A stretch of DNA of 64,000 nucleotides, taken from contig NC_134029.1 in the NCBI RefSeq assembly GCF_964204645.1, forward strand, positions 17,106,950 to 17,170,949, given 5' to 3'. Every line of letters starts with the position of its first letter. Position 1 is the first letter of the stretch. A program made the position numbers and the translations under genes. The notes under the pieces are model-generated. The model ran no database searches. It was given only the letters and a program-made list of their open reading frames with translations, and was not told the DNA's origin. Below, piece after piece: positions 40,201 to 52,152 of the stretch. This stretch comes from Tubulanus polymorphus. Lineage: Eukaryota; Animalia; Nemertea.

Positions 40201-43200
40201 AGTTCTGCTATTTTTGTATACATTCACTTTAATTGGCGTGGAAGTGCATGCTTCATTTGTTCAGAATTCTTGGACCATGCCGAGATGTGTATGTGAATGA
40301 ATGTCTTATCCAAAAAACCCGCAATTCACAACTGAAGTACAAATCAGTGTGACAGAACTGTGTCATGTACTGTTTTGTTGTGTTTTCTAAGTCGGTCAGT
40401 AAAATACTATATAGAAGGGTACTTTACTGTTAGATGGCGAACACATCTTTTTAGCTCCGCTGTGACCGAAGGTCAGCAGAGCTAATGGGTTACGGGGTCG
40501 TCCGTCCCTTTGTTTGATTGTTCGTTTGTTTTTTCGTTCGTGCGCCTGTCAACTTTTTTAGCTCTGCTGTGACCGATGGGTTAGGGGGATTATCCGTCGT
40601 CGTCTGGCCATCTGTCCATCCGTCAACTTTAGCTTCAATTCGCTACTAGTCCTACAGTTTTATTCAGATCAATTCCAAATTTGGTATAAATGTTCTATGG
40701 ACCAGGGCCTATAAAGTTAAAGAGCCATTTTTAGGCCAGCCGTAGGCTGAGCCTATTACTATACAAATGGAGCGAATTTAAATGACATGGTTTCCACACA
40801 AAAGGCTCTTTTGCTTGCCAAGTGAGGGCATATTCGAACAAATCACGTATTTAAGCGTAATCCATTCTCGGAATCGTAGCGAGCAGAATTTTGAAATAGG
40901 CTTTCATAAAAATGTTTTCTGCATTTTTCACGAAAATAAAATCGGGAAAATTTCAATTTTTATCAGCCAATCAGGAAGTTGTGTCTTCCCTGTGATTGGT
41001 TTATCTAAAAATATCAGCAGCTGTTCACGTGAATTATCGTGATTTCATTACTGGCGCTTTTGCGCATGACGTCATGTATCAACACGCGACAATACTTCCG
41101 CGTTCGCTACGTGTTCGCTGATTGGCCCATTTACTGGGAAATTCCACAGAAGCCTAATGTGGTTTGTTACAAGCGCTGTGATTGGCCCTACCCGATTCTG
41201 GCACGGCTTTAGCTTAGTGGGTTCGAATCCCTTGACGGGAGAAGATGATGGATCCTATCGATGCTATCAACAAATAAGTTTCCCGGTTGGGCAGCTGCGG
41301 ATATCTACCGAAAGTGTTGCGGTTCGATATTTCGAGGTTTCTTTGAATTTTGGAGTGATATTGAAATCCGGTAAACACCGGCGGTAGATTGTGGTGAAAA
41401 CCCATTGCTTGATATTTGTACTACTTAATCAACGAAAAGCGTCGGGGCCGCGCCAGGAGTTTTCGCGATTCAAGTAGCTCAATAGCCTACTTCTTCGTGT
41501 TCGTCCACCTCCGCAATTTTCACTCCGCCGATCTCTGACACGGCTCTGTCGCCGTCGGCGCTGTGATTGCACTATTCGTACCACCAAAATTTTTTATTTC
41601 TATATCAGGGAGGTCTGGAGAATAAAAAAGTCAAAATTTGGATATCACATAGGCCTGATTTCATCGAATAAGTCGACCATGGTCGTTACGTTTCCGTACT
41701 AATTACCACCTATAACCGTCTGAACAATTTTGTCACAACCAACATTTCGTTTACAGAAATCAGGTGTTCACGTGAACCCGCGGTATCGTCTATTGTTTTA
41801 CTTCCGGGTTTTATTTTAAGATTTAAAATCGTATTTCAAGATCGATTTCTATGAAATCTTTAGTTGATTTGGTGTTTGGGAGGAATTTTTATATTGCTCT
41901 ACAGAAAATTCATCCTTGACAATTGCGCAAGGTTCGCAAAAAATTGCTTTTCCCAAATCGAGTGTATGAACTTGATATGCTAATTAGCCATGTGCTCGAA
42001 TTGCAAATTCAATCAAATTTTATTCTGCCAAAAAAAATGTTAAATCCAATTCGCTTTCCGAGAGTTAATGGTATACTGCATGGAACAAAGTTGTTTTGAG
42101 ATGGGTCTTGAAGCTATTGAGTCGAGAGATAACCATCTAGATAGTTCGTGAGAGTTCCAAAGTTTTGAAGACGCTTCAAGGCAATGTCTTGATATTTGGT
42201 TTATACGTGTATCTACCCTAGACACATCTTCAGGCCAAAAACTGGCCCTGTCAGATTCAAGATGGCCGACTGGCAGCCATTGTTGTTCGCCAAAATCAGC
42301 ACTTTTTACACATTTTAGAAGTTTTCGAGGGAAATTTTGAAGACACTTTTATCAATAACCTTGATCATTCGTATATATTTGTATCCCCCAAGGGCCCATC
42401 GGCATGAGAAAAATTGGGTCGATCGGACTCAAGATGGCCGTCCTGTGACCTTTTTTGTTCCCAAAAATGTTAATTTTGGCCTGAATTCTGAGTCCTGTAG
42501 CTTTCTAATGGTGTGCCATTTTTCATTGCAATTTGTAATGGGTATTCTTTGGAAAAGGATCTTTTATATCCGAGAGGGTATTTTTGACCAGGCAATTATG
42601 ACGCAATTGGCGGCCATCTTGGGGTCATCAGTACTCATTCGTAGGTGGAAAAAAAGTTTAGCCACATCATTTTGATACTTAAGCATATTTTGCTACCATA
42701 ATTAATTGGAAAGTTGTAGCTCATGACATGTTCTATGATTGAGGTGAGTTTCAAGCTCATTGGTTTTTGTTTATGGCCACCAGGGGGCGTTGAACAATAC
42801 AATAACTTAGTATTTCTATATTACATTCGTACCTATGCATATTTTGCTACCACAATCAATTGGAAAGTTGTAGCTCATGACATGGTCTATTATCTTGGTG
42901 AGTTTCAAGCTCATTGGTTTTTGTATATGGCCACCAGGGGCGTTGAACAATACAATAACTTAGTATTTCTATATTACATTCGCTCCTGCTGTCTGTGTTA
43001 ACACACGATTGTACTATGTAAATGACATTGAGCAGGGAGTGTATATTGATAAATATAACCCACAGATTACATCATTTATAAAAAGAAAATCTGACAGGCT
43101 GGCCATTGTGCCCCTTGGGGATCTTGTTTTTATACGTACCCCAGGGGCCCCTGGGGGTAGAGTTTCTATTTCTTCAAATCGCTACTAGTCCTACAGTTTT

Positions 43201-46193
43201 AGTCGGGATCAATTCCAAATTTAGTATGAATATTATATGGACCAAGGCCTATAAAGTTATAGAGCCATTTTTTTTAATTCATCCCCCAGGGGCCGCCCCT
43301 GGGGGTAGAGTTTCTATTTCTTCAAATCGCTACTTGTCCTACAATTTTAATCAGATCAATTCCAAATTTAGTATGAATGTACTATGGACATAGACCTATG
43401 AAGTAACAGCCATTTTTGGTTTACCTTTGTCAGCGATATGAGGTTGGCATTTAGCCAATTCGTGTAAAATCGCGGTATGTTTTTTTATGTGAGTATTTGT
43501 TTCATTGGTTCTCGGCTTGCGATTGAAGACATGGCGAACTTCCGTCGATGTACATTGTCAACTGAGTTAAAATTCTACGAAAAACTGTTTTTGGCGGGAA
43601 AATTCTTAGCTCTCGTGTATAAACTTGCAATGACCTCGATTGGGGGGCGTCGTCTCTACAAGCGAATGGGATTGGCTGTTTTTGGGATATAAGGGGAATT
43701 CCGGCGCTACTAAAATAATTATGGGAAAGCCATAGAATGGCGTACGTTTCATTGGACTAGGTGCCGTATGGCGTATACGTGCGAATTTTAAATGCTCATT
43801 GCTGGTGAGGATGTAATTATTTCTCACATCCGCCATAGGTATTGTTTCATTTTAATACCCGGTGATTGTTTTGATTGACATTGAAGTGTAAGCGAACATT
43901 CACTTACACGAGGCCTCCACCTGTGCGCGCAGAGTGCTACACGACACACCCAGACACACACACACAAGCTCATACAGTACACTACTTAAGGTGATGCTGT
44001 ATTGCGTGCGCGTTTGACATGAAAATAGGCTGAATAATCATGGCAGAAGATGAGCGCTGTGTTTTCTGTTTGATAGAATTTGTAATAAATTGTAATTTCT
44101 TGTGAACTGAAAATATTAAGCAGCAAACTAAAAGTATAGGTCGAGGTCTGAATATTGTAGTCGTAAATTCCAGGATTTAAAACGATCTTATAACCGATTT
44201 CTTCTGTACCGGTATTTTAACTTCCGCGGCCAACATTGGAAGAGGTTTCCATGACCCAATATTCAGCCACCCTCTGATATGTGACATCATATGAATTTTA
44301 GGCCATCCTATATTAATGGCCTGTTTGCCGTAACCTGACCGACCCGACTTCAAAGGTACCGAGGGAAAACTTTTTTTTCTGGGATTCATTGAAATAAATT
44401 TTATTTTTGATAAAAAGGGCCGGCCGACCCACTGCCTATGAGCGTATGAGCTACGTATTATATATGTTTGAATTCAAGTGTGCATCGTGTGAAAACATGC
44501 CTTGTAAATGTGGCCGAATTTAAGTTTTCCAGGAAACTGGCAGTGTTCCAATAAGCTGCCATTCATTCTCATAGTGACTTTATCAAAGCTGGTAACGTAA
44601 AACCGCGCACATATTCTATGTACTGTTTCATTTTTAACACAGAGATGACGCTCTGGACGAAGTTATAATTTTAGAATAATTCTCGAAATCTACGCTATAA
44701 GACAAATTTCCCGTGCACAACGTAGATATTCCGATATTGTTTCCATGTAAAAAGGTGATAAATTTGTCTTTTTTTGCCCAAAAATTTAGCAACAAAATTT
44801 TTTCTTACCTACAGACTAATCCTGAAAAGTTGAGTCGGTGTTACGGCAAACAGACAATTATTTTGGGATGGCCTTATTTGAATATTTTTTTCATATTGTG
44901 AATCATATTTTTTTTGAAAATATAAAATAATTTCCCTGCCACGCCTACCTGTACCCTACAAACTTTTGGAGTGGACCGTAACGAAATGTATATCTTTGGT
45001 CTAATAATTCTTTAAGAAAGATAAAATACAAAATAAACTTGTGGAACTTTGAAGTCACGAATTAAAAAGATTTTTCAAGCAATGCCCTTACTCCAAACAA
45101 CCTCTAGCTTTCAAGGTAAACCACACTTTGCCCATGGGCAATTTATTTAGCCCACTTGGGACTTTAGTCCCAGTGGGCTATTGCGTTCACTTTTCGTCCA
45201 TCGTCCGTCCATCCAGGGGGCGTTGAATAGTAGAATAACTTAGTATTTCCTTATTATATTGGTACCTAGGCATATTTTGTTACCATGATCAATTACAAAG
45301 TTATAGTTCGTGACATGTTCTATGATTGTGCTGAGTTTCAAGGTCATTGGGTTTTGAATATGGTCACCAGGGGGCGTTGAATAGTAGAATAACTAAGTAT
45401 TTCTATATTAAATTGGTAACGAGGCATATTTTGTTATCACAATCCATTACAAAATCGTAGCTGCTGACAAGTTCTATGATTGTGGTGAGTTTCAAGGTCA
45501 TTTGTATATGGTCACCAGGGGGCATTGAATATTGAAATTGTTGAGCATTTGGAACCACTTCCCAAGTGGGCATGGTGTCCCTGGACCCCTAGTTTTATTC
45601 ATCCGCCAGGGAGCGCCTCCAGGGGTGGAGTTTCTATTTCTTCAAATTGCTACTTGTCCTACAGTTTTAATCAGATCAATTTCAAATTTGGTATGAATGT
45701 TCTATGGACCAAGGCCTATAAAGTTACAGAGCCATTTTTAGCCCACTTGGGACTTTAGTCCCAGCGGGCTATTGCGTTCACTTTTCGTCCGTCATCCGTC
45801 CGTTCGTCCACCCGTAGACGGAATCCAGTTATTTTGGGAAGTTTTGAAGACGCTTCTAGGTAATGTCTTGATATTTGGTTTATACATGTATCTACCCTAG
45901 ACACATCTTCAGCCCAAAAACTGGACCTGTCAGAATCAAGATGGCTGACTGGCTAAGAATAACTTAGAATTACTGATGATCCTATTCTTTTTTTGTGTTT
46001 ATATTTATAGTTTGATTCATTGATGAGTGGTATTTCAACACCACCTCCGTCATCAATCGCAGCTGCTGGAACGAGTTTGGCTCCTCCTGCTCCCGTGGCT
46101 CCCGCTATGCGACCTGCAGCTCCTATAACACCTCCTCATCCGTCTGTTATGATGTCTACAGCCTCTTCACCAGATGTCATTTCTCTGGATTGA
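16241..46193 (+). CDS. PIAS: E3 SUMO-protein ligase PIAS (PIAS1/2/3, Su(var)2-10 type), 17 coding exons, complete
   Basis: Exons join in frame from MADTVELK to PDVISLD*; SAP domain, PINIT (PVNIT), SP-RING (C-P...C-x-H...CPVC), SIM VIDLT plus acidic tract, S/T/P-rich tail. Confidence 0.95.
16405..17281. mobile_element. Foldback/MITE with ~270-bp imperfect TIRs containing tRNA-like A/B boxes and TTAGGG repeats
   Basis: tgtggctacggttacagagtc... vs ...ctccgtaactctagccaca; arms ~16405-16680 and ~16990-17281. Confidence 0.7.
17295..18111. mobile_element. PIF/Harbinger-type MITE
   Basis: TIR ggccacaagt(g/a)attgataccttgtttcttatc (~32 bp), TAA target duplication on both sides. Confidence 0.85.
18817..18977 (+). 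CDS. PIAS: PIAS exon 2 (SAP domain)
   Basis: [34 protein letters not shown]...QIKIRELYR; tttcag/gtaag. Confidence 0.95.
19308..19355 (-). ncRNA. Minimal type I hammerhead ribozyme in PLE terminus
   Basis: Core identical to 14152-14198 on the minus strand (CTGAAGATGACTATTAGGATATAGTCGAAACGTT). Confidence 0.75.
19656..19967 (-). pseudogene. GIY-YIG endonuclease domain of Penelope-like element (5'-truncated)
   Basis: YIGET-GR-L--R--EH and E...N motifs of PLE GIY-YIG nucleases. Confidence 0.88.
20340..21720 (-). mobile_element. Non-LTR retrotransposon (LINE, CR1/L2-like) RT fragment, 5'-truncated and degraded
   Basis: [40 protein letters not shown]; upstream NYRPVSL and downstream VQRRAVRFV...ELNW segments with stops and frameshifts. 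Confidence 0.92.
20827..21513 (-). pseudogene. Reverse transcriptase domain (LINE ORF2 fragment)
   Basis: 228-aa ORF with RT motifs DFSKAFD, GVPQG, FADD. Confidence 0.9.
21760..22268 (+). mobile_element. 3' part of HINE-like element (same family as 40731-43130; reverse end at 11472-11520)
   Basis: Matches 41800-42060 and ends ctgacaggctggccatagtgccccttggggctcttgt. Confidence 0.65.
22520..22576 (+). CDS. PIAS: PIAS exon 3 (57 nt, possibly a cassette exon)
   Basis: [19 protein letters not shown]; ttgtag/gtatgt; phase 2-2. Confidence 0.7.
22660..22751 (+). CDS. PIAS: PIAS exon 4
   Basis: [30 protein letters not shown]; tttcag/gtgagt; phases fit. Confidence 0.8.
23528..23653 (+). CDS. PIAS: PIAS exon 5 (start of PINIT domain)
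   Basis: DFSMKLP...[27 protein letters not shown]. Confidence 0.92.
25810..25894 (+). CDS. PIAS: PIAS exon 6
   Basis: [28 protein letters not shown]. Confidence 0.92.
25986..26036 (+). CDS. PIAS: PIAS exon 7
   Basis: [17 protein letters not shown]. Confidence 0.92.
26445..26535 (+). CDS. PIAS: PIAS exon 8
   Basis: [30 protein letters not shown]. Confidence 0.94.
26907..27316. mobile_element. MITE with ~45-bp TIRs
   Basis: taaagcctagcctacatcgacactgcgattggagacaacta... vs ...tagttgtctccagtcgctttgtcgatgtatgcttagcttta; internal gtcgatgtg repeats. Confidence 0.7.
27417..27974. mobile_element. hAT-like MITE
   Basis: TIR caggcctc(g/a)aaatt; imperfect 5-bp flanks aagcg/aaccg. Confidence 0.65.
28132..28266 (+). 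CDS. PIAS: PIAS exon 9 (PINIT motif)
   Basis: [45 protein letters not shown]. Confidence 0.95.
28363..28468 (+). CDS. PIAS: PIAS exon 10
   Basis: [35 protein letters not shown]. Confidence 0.94.
30024..30097 (+). CDS. PIAS: PIAS exon 11
   Basis: [24 protein letters not shown]. Confidence 0.95.
30196..30917. mobile_element. hAT-like MITE with 6-bp TSD
   Basis: TIR cagatatgagaa / ttctcatccctg; TGTACC duplicated on both sides; ccgcgg subterminal repeats. Confidence 0.75.
31338..31498 (+). CDS. PIAS: PIAS exon 12 (SP-RING/zf-MIZ)
   Basis: [43 protein letters not shown]...FIDG. Confidence 0.96.
32317..32471 (+). CDS. PIAS: PIAS exon 13
   Basis: [27 protein letters not shown]...DPSEK. Confidence 0.92.
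33031..33169 (+). CDS. PIAS: PIAS exon 14 (SUMO-interacting motif, acidic domain)
   Basis: [22 protein letters not shown]...; tatag/gttagt. Confidence 0.92.
38490..38863 (+). CDS. PIAS: PIAS exon 15 (S/T/P-rich)
   Basis: [28 protein letters not shown]...SFNIYEP; ttacag/gtaag; phases fit. Confidence 0.85.
39511..39605 (+). CDS. PIAS: PIAS exon 16
   Basis: [31 protein letters not shown]; tttcag/gtaagt. Confidence 0.85.
40448..45955 (+). mobile_element. Nested stack of Helentron/HINE-like elements in the last PIAS intron
   Basis: At least six 5' heads starting at T-runs with hairpins; matching subterminal IRs (ggccagcc/ggctggcc, ggtttacctt/aaggtaaacc, gcccacttggg/cccaagtgggc); 3' palindromes; ~143-bp and ~156-bp internal tandem repeats. 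Confidence 0.75.
46011..46193 (+). CDS. PIAS: PIAS last coding exon (C-terminal SIM2 PDVISLD*)
   Basis: Ends [12 protein letters not shown], like the PIAS1 C-terminus PDIISLD; AATAAA at ~46235. Confidence 0.9.
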   Translation, partial: FDSLMSGISTPPPSSIAAAGTSLAPPAPVAPAMRPAAPITPPHPSVMMSTASSPDVISLD

Positions 46194-49100
46194 TTCTTGG
46201 AGAATATTTTGTAACTGTAAATAATATAATAATGAATAAATGCAGCAGACAACTAAAACTCCACATAAACATGCTGCAGACTGATCCCCTGTTTACTGCA
46301 GACTGGTATGAAACACTACCGACCAGTATGAATTAGACTTATCCCCCTACAGTTCTTGTGTACTGGTATATATTACAGCGATTGTATACTGGTATAGTTA
46401 AGTGTAGACACTACTCGCGAACGCAGGTTTTCATTTAAACCGTGTATATCGAATGAGCTAGTGTAGACGTGGTTATACTGGTATCCAGTATGGTATAAAC
46501 AAGTCTAGCAGCATTTCAAACGGGTCATTCTGATAACACCAAAAAGGCAAAGTGGTAGCAAACAAAGGTTTATAATATCCTAAAAAGTAATAAAACGAAC
46601 AAACTAATTATAGGATAACTATTTAGGATAACTATCAATTCTATTTCTTTGCCCTATACACTGAGGACCTATAGGCTTTTGTAGTTATACATAGTACTTG
46701 TATGGGAGGATAATGATATATACTACTTGTATACTAAAACATACTTAGAACATACCATTCTTGTAGAGTGGTATATACTCTAAACCTCGCCTTACTCGGA
46801 CAATTTTGGACCGGCATGATTTATCCGCGTTAAAAAAAAGTCTGAATTCACGATCAGAACTACAAAAATTATTTTGTTTTTATCCGACTTGGCCAAGTCT
46901 CAGTTATGTGAGGTTCATTATGGTACTTATCAATTCTCTAAAAAACTGATCAACCTAGAAACTTTTCTGTACTATTTGGTCCCAAGAAGCATCTAGTCAG
47001 TAGTTGGCTTGATCAAGTAGGACAAATGTATTCCTCAAGATGAAGATAAGTAAATAGACTAACACTCCTTTATTCAATTCTGTGATGTTTCAACCTATTA
47101 TATTTTTAGCCTACTTGAGACTTACGGCCCAGCACGCTATTGCTTTCACGTTTCATCTGTCCATTCGTCGATCCATCGACGGAATCCAGTTATTTTGGGA
47201 AGTTAAGAAAACGCTTCGAAGGAGTGTCTTAATATTATATGGTTTATACATTTATTTACCCTAGACACAACAGTGTTCAATTAGAATAAAGATGGCCGAC
47301 TGGCAGTCATTAACCCTTTGGTGCCTGTTTTTTTTACTCAAAAATATCCATTGATGGCTGAGCGATTTCATTGTTTCATTACGAAGCTGAAGATTTTTCA
47401 AAATGGCATAACGCAGTCAAAACTTCAATTTGGATGTCTTCCACATCAAATGAGAGATGTTTGCATATAGATACAAAATATGATAGCAAGTCTCTAGCTC
47501 ATTGATAGCCATATTATACACCAGGGGGTGTCAATATTATAATTATCAGATTGCCGAGCATGTCACTAAGTGGGCATGGCATCGATGGACCCCAGTATTA
47601 TTATCGATAGGTTGATTAAAGAAATAATGTCCCTTGTGTAGAGGAGACTTCTCATTGTAGTCAGTGTGCCTGATTTTATTTTTTCTATGAGAAAGAAAAT
47701 GTCATAGAACTCAACCGGCTGGCTAGATTTTATTTTTCATCATCTTTTGCTAGTATTTTCCCACTGATTTTTTATGGCCCGGACGGCAAAATGGAAGAAA
47801 GACTGCAAGGCCCTTATTGACTAAATAACTGCCCCAGGTGGGATTTTTAACAAAAAATTGAATTTTCTATATCAAACTTTTATGATAATAAATCTTTTAT
47901 GAACAAAACTATTCGTTTTCAACACCTATTACGAGTTCAGTTAATAAAATTAACTAACTTACTTTATAATTAAAGTAATGTTTTTACTCATTGGTCTCTT
48001 CCAAAACGAAGCAGTAGAAGTATGAAGCCTAACCTTGTGGTAAGTTGATTTTTGTCAAAATCTGACCTTTTCAATTGAGTGAAATTCATATGATGACAAT
48101 TAAGGACGATCGCAACAATTGTGATATATTGGCAGACACTGTTTTGTGCAGAACATCGTATGATGCCACCGGCCCTGACTGACGATCAATGCAAGAAGGG
48201 TTAATTTTGGTGAGTTTCCTCTGTCAAATACGGCCACCAGGTTGACTGGAATTTCTGGTTAGCACCATACTGTTTCCAAATCTCAATTGGTTATCCTTTG
48301 ACTTGTTGTATGTTATGGGACTCGGACTGGTAAACCCCTATGTAAAATGCTGATTATTGTCTGTTCATTGGTGCAATTTGGTTTCTATTGAAAATGGCAA
48401 TTATCCGTCAATTATGGTTATTATGGTGGCCATCTTGAATTGCTCATTCATGCATTGGAGCCTGAATTCCAGAGACTTATCTAGTTTGTTGTTTGGATGG
48501 ATATGAGGTTTTTTTCTGTAAACCTGGTGTATGAGTTGGGACTGGTGCAATTCTGTTTCTATTGAAATTGGCAATTATCTGTCATTTATGGTTATGGTGA
48601 CCATCTTGAATTGCTCATTAATGAATTGGAGCCTGAAATCTAAAGAGACTTCCTCAAAACCTACCATAGTTTGTCTTTTTGATGATTATGAGGTCTTACC
48701 TTGTCATAAGTTGATCATTGTCCAATACAGCAGCCATCTTGAATTTCAGGTTGGCAGATTGTGCCAAGATATTTAAGATAGATACTGTCTGCATAACCCG
48801 GGGAGACAAAGTGGTATTTGCTGCACAATCAAGTCTCATTTTATATACCTATCCATTCATGTTTATGTACATTTCATATTACTTATCATGAAGTGTGTTA
48901 TTATTGCACTCGAGACCAAAAGATGCATGTCAATCGTTTTTTTTTTCATACTCTTTTTTGTCAAATCTTCTATTTATTTTTGTGTTATGCTTATAGGTAT
49001 GTATCTTTTGTCATTTCTGAATATGTCTATTTTCACCGAATGTTTACTCTTCTTAAGATTAATCGTTATATTGTAAATACAAAATGAAGTACAGTTTTCT

Positions 49101-49804
49101 TTGGGATGGATCAGGGCTTGATAACTATGATGAAATCAACTTGAATTGTAGGAAGTTATGACATTTTTTTTCACTTATATCCAATATTGATCGATGAAGT
49201 CTCTAGGTAAATTATCATTCTTATTTTTGTAAGTGTCAATCTGCAGCCCTGAACCAACGCCTTTTAGACAGCGTCCATTGTTCGTTGGGGGGTCTTGTCG
49301 ATCACTACTTCTGTCTGTCAGGTGCTAGTGTAGTCTATTTGTTTGTTCCTTTTCAATTGCATGTATTAGATTTGAGATGAAGTCCTGATCAAACAGGGAG
49401 CGGGATATTTTGAGGGGGTGGGTCTGGGAACTGATATGAACGTGGATTAGATTCTGGTCAAAAGCAACGAGATACGTTGTTTTTAATAGGGATTAACCTG
49501 CCTGGTTTAAAATAGAAACTTATATTTTATGTTGACTGTATATATGTATATAAGAACAGTGTAACAGTAATCCAGATCTTGATGAAATCGATTCCCCAGA
49601 TTTGTACCAGAAATCTGGGTTAGAAATCATATTTTACCGGTACATGTACAAATGAACTGTTACGACTGTAAATGACAAAATACGGATGAGATGGATTTAC
49701 TTCTGTTGCCCCGATAGATTGGAGACTGATGAATGGCAGATAGATGGTGCTCATCTCCGTAATTAGATTTTTAGAAGCTATACATTGAATGAATTCTATT
49801 TCAT

Positions 49805-49807
<3 letters not shown>

Positions 49808-49869
<62 letters not shown>

Positions 49870-49873
49870 GTAT
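49808..49873. repeat. (TA)n microsatellite
   Basis: Directly visible. Confidence 0.92.
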
Positions 49874-50247
49874 ATTTAAGAATAAGATTTGTTATGTGAA
49901 CTTGACTGGTGAAGTTACCGTATAATATGTATACATTCAATACTGTAAAATAGGTAATGTCTGTTTTGAGATGAATTAAATAAAGATGAAGGAAAGCTGA
50001 CCGCACAGTGTTCAAGTTCTTACTCATTTAATTCATGCTGCTAGCTATAAAAAAGAGTGTGAGCAAACTGTCTCTTACCAATAAATGTCATGAAGCATAG
50101 ACAAATATCAGGGGCAGATCCAGATGCCAATTTGAAGGACTTACCTAATAAGCAATATTAGGCGCAATCTCACCCTGAAATGCACCAATTACATGTATCT
50201 TGGAGGACAAAATGAGAAAGGGTAACCAAAAAAAATTTGAAGGACTA

Positions 50248-51089
50248 CAGGGGCGGATCCAGGGGGATCGGATGGGTAGACAGTATTGGAAGGAAATTTA
50301 AGGGCACCTTTCTGATCTTAGGGCACACCCAGTATCCAGGTCAATGCGAGCGCCGAAGGCGGGAAGTGCTTAGAGGGGGGGTCTGGGGGCCCACCCCCAG
50401 AAAATTTTGAAAATATGGTACCATTTAAAGGCTTTGAGAGGGCTTCTAGAGGCTAGCAGAGCAATCCAGAATAAACGAATTCGAGACAAGATTTCAACAG
50501 ATGCGGATAAAAAATGAAGCTGGCGAACCCATGAAAGAATGGTTGTCGCCAACTTCGCCTAGTGCCCCTATAATCTTTAAAAGTGCCCCTTAACAATTAT
50601 ACAGAATACGGCTAAGTGCCCCTTCATTGTTAACAATCGGCAGAAATTGCCTCGTCTTCACATTTATCCTTATGTCATGTGCCATCTTCCAAACCAAAAG
50701 TGCCCCTAAAATTTTAAAAATAGGCAAAAAAGTGCCCTTTTCTTCAACATTTTCCGCGTATAGTGCCCTCTTCTAAAGTACGAGTGCCCCTTTAGCCCTC
50801 CCTGAAAAGACAAGGTGCCCTCATCCAAAGCATGAGTGCCCCTTGCAAAAGGAAAGTGCCCTTTTTAATTTATCATGATTAAAGGCTTTACAAATATGAT
50901 TATCTCTCCTCACTTTCTCGGCAGCAGTATATACCGATTAATTTTATAATTATGCCCGGATTACGGACACGGAATTAGCGGTTGCTGAAATAATGCCGTC
51001 AAAAATATTGCCGGTGAAATTTCGAAGGGCACTTAAAAATTCTAGACCGTATTGGGCAATACGGCTAATACGGCCTGGATCCGCCCCTG
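50248..51089. mobile_element. hAT-like MITE with 5-bp TSD
   Basis: Perfect 16-bp TIR caggggcggatccagg; GACTA duplicated; many internal (a/g)gtgccc motifs. Confidence 0.8.
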
Positions 51090-51317
51090 GACTATGTATT
51101 TCTTGTTTCCAAATACACGTGTGCATGCACAAAGAGCATCGGCCAAACTCGGAAAAACGATCATACTAAGTGGATATCAAATGGATAGTCAGTAATCAAG
51201 GAAATTATATTTATCTTGACGGTGGTTTAGCGAATCAACTGATGCTCGGCCATGTGTGACGGAAGCGTGACCGTGGTTAGTGAGTGGACACCATGTATCT
51301 ATTACAATGTACATGTA

Positions 51318-51483
51318 CAGTCAACCCTGATATACCGCCCACCTCAGTGCTGAACGATTTTGTCGGTATAGAGAGTATGGTGGTATATCGGAGGTGTTTT
51401 ACTAAAACTATGTATTTGTATGGGGATGTCCATTGAGGAAACCTGACGGTAGGCAGGGGTGGCGGTATATCAGGAATTGACTG
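51318..51483. mobile_element. Tc1/mariner (pogo/Tigger-type) MITE
   Basis: TIR cagtcaa..cctgatataccgcc, TA target duplication. Confidence 0.8.
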
Positions 51484-52152
51484 TACATGTAGATCCTAAA
51501 TGAGATTAAAGGAAGTTACAAACAAAAAGTTGTATCACAGTTTCTGAAACACTCAGTAGTGCATTATTGACAATAGGAGCCTGAACGGCGCCCTAAGGAC
51601 GAGACCAATAGGTTATTTGTTTCGTGATATCTGGACTGCTGATATATTCAATACTCATTTGTCTCATATGAATATTCAGTTTATTATGTACTAGCAAAAT
51701 ACCCGTCCACAGGATGGGTTAGATACGCTCTATAGCTAACTGAGTACTTCACAGGAGATTTGCCAAAATATCAGCGGCGGATTCAGGATTTCAGATACAA
51801 TATTAATAATTGTGCAATTGGCGGCCATCTTAGTGTCATCAGTACTCATTTGTAGGTGGGAAAAAGGGTTTCGACACTATATTGATACCTAAGCATATTT
51901 TGTTACGACAATGAATTAGAAAGTTGTAGCTTATAAAGTGTTCTATGATTGTGATGAGTTCAAGTTCATTGGTTTTTGTATATGGCCACTAGGGGCGTTG
52001 AATAATACAATATCTTAGTATTTCTATATTATATTTATACCAATACATATTTTGTTACCCGAATCAATTGCAAAGTTGTAGCTCATGACATCGTCTATGA
52101 TTGTGGTGAGTTTTAAGGAAATTAGTTAAAAGAAAACTGTTAAAAGAAAAAA

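Noticed and set aside
49620-50027. 135-aa ORF
   Set aside because: The frame is kept open by a (TA)n microsatellite (YIYIYI) and has no domain signal.
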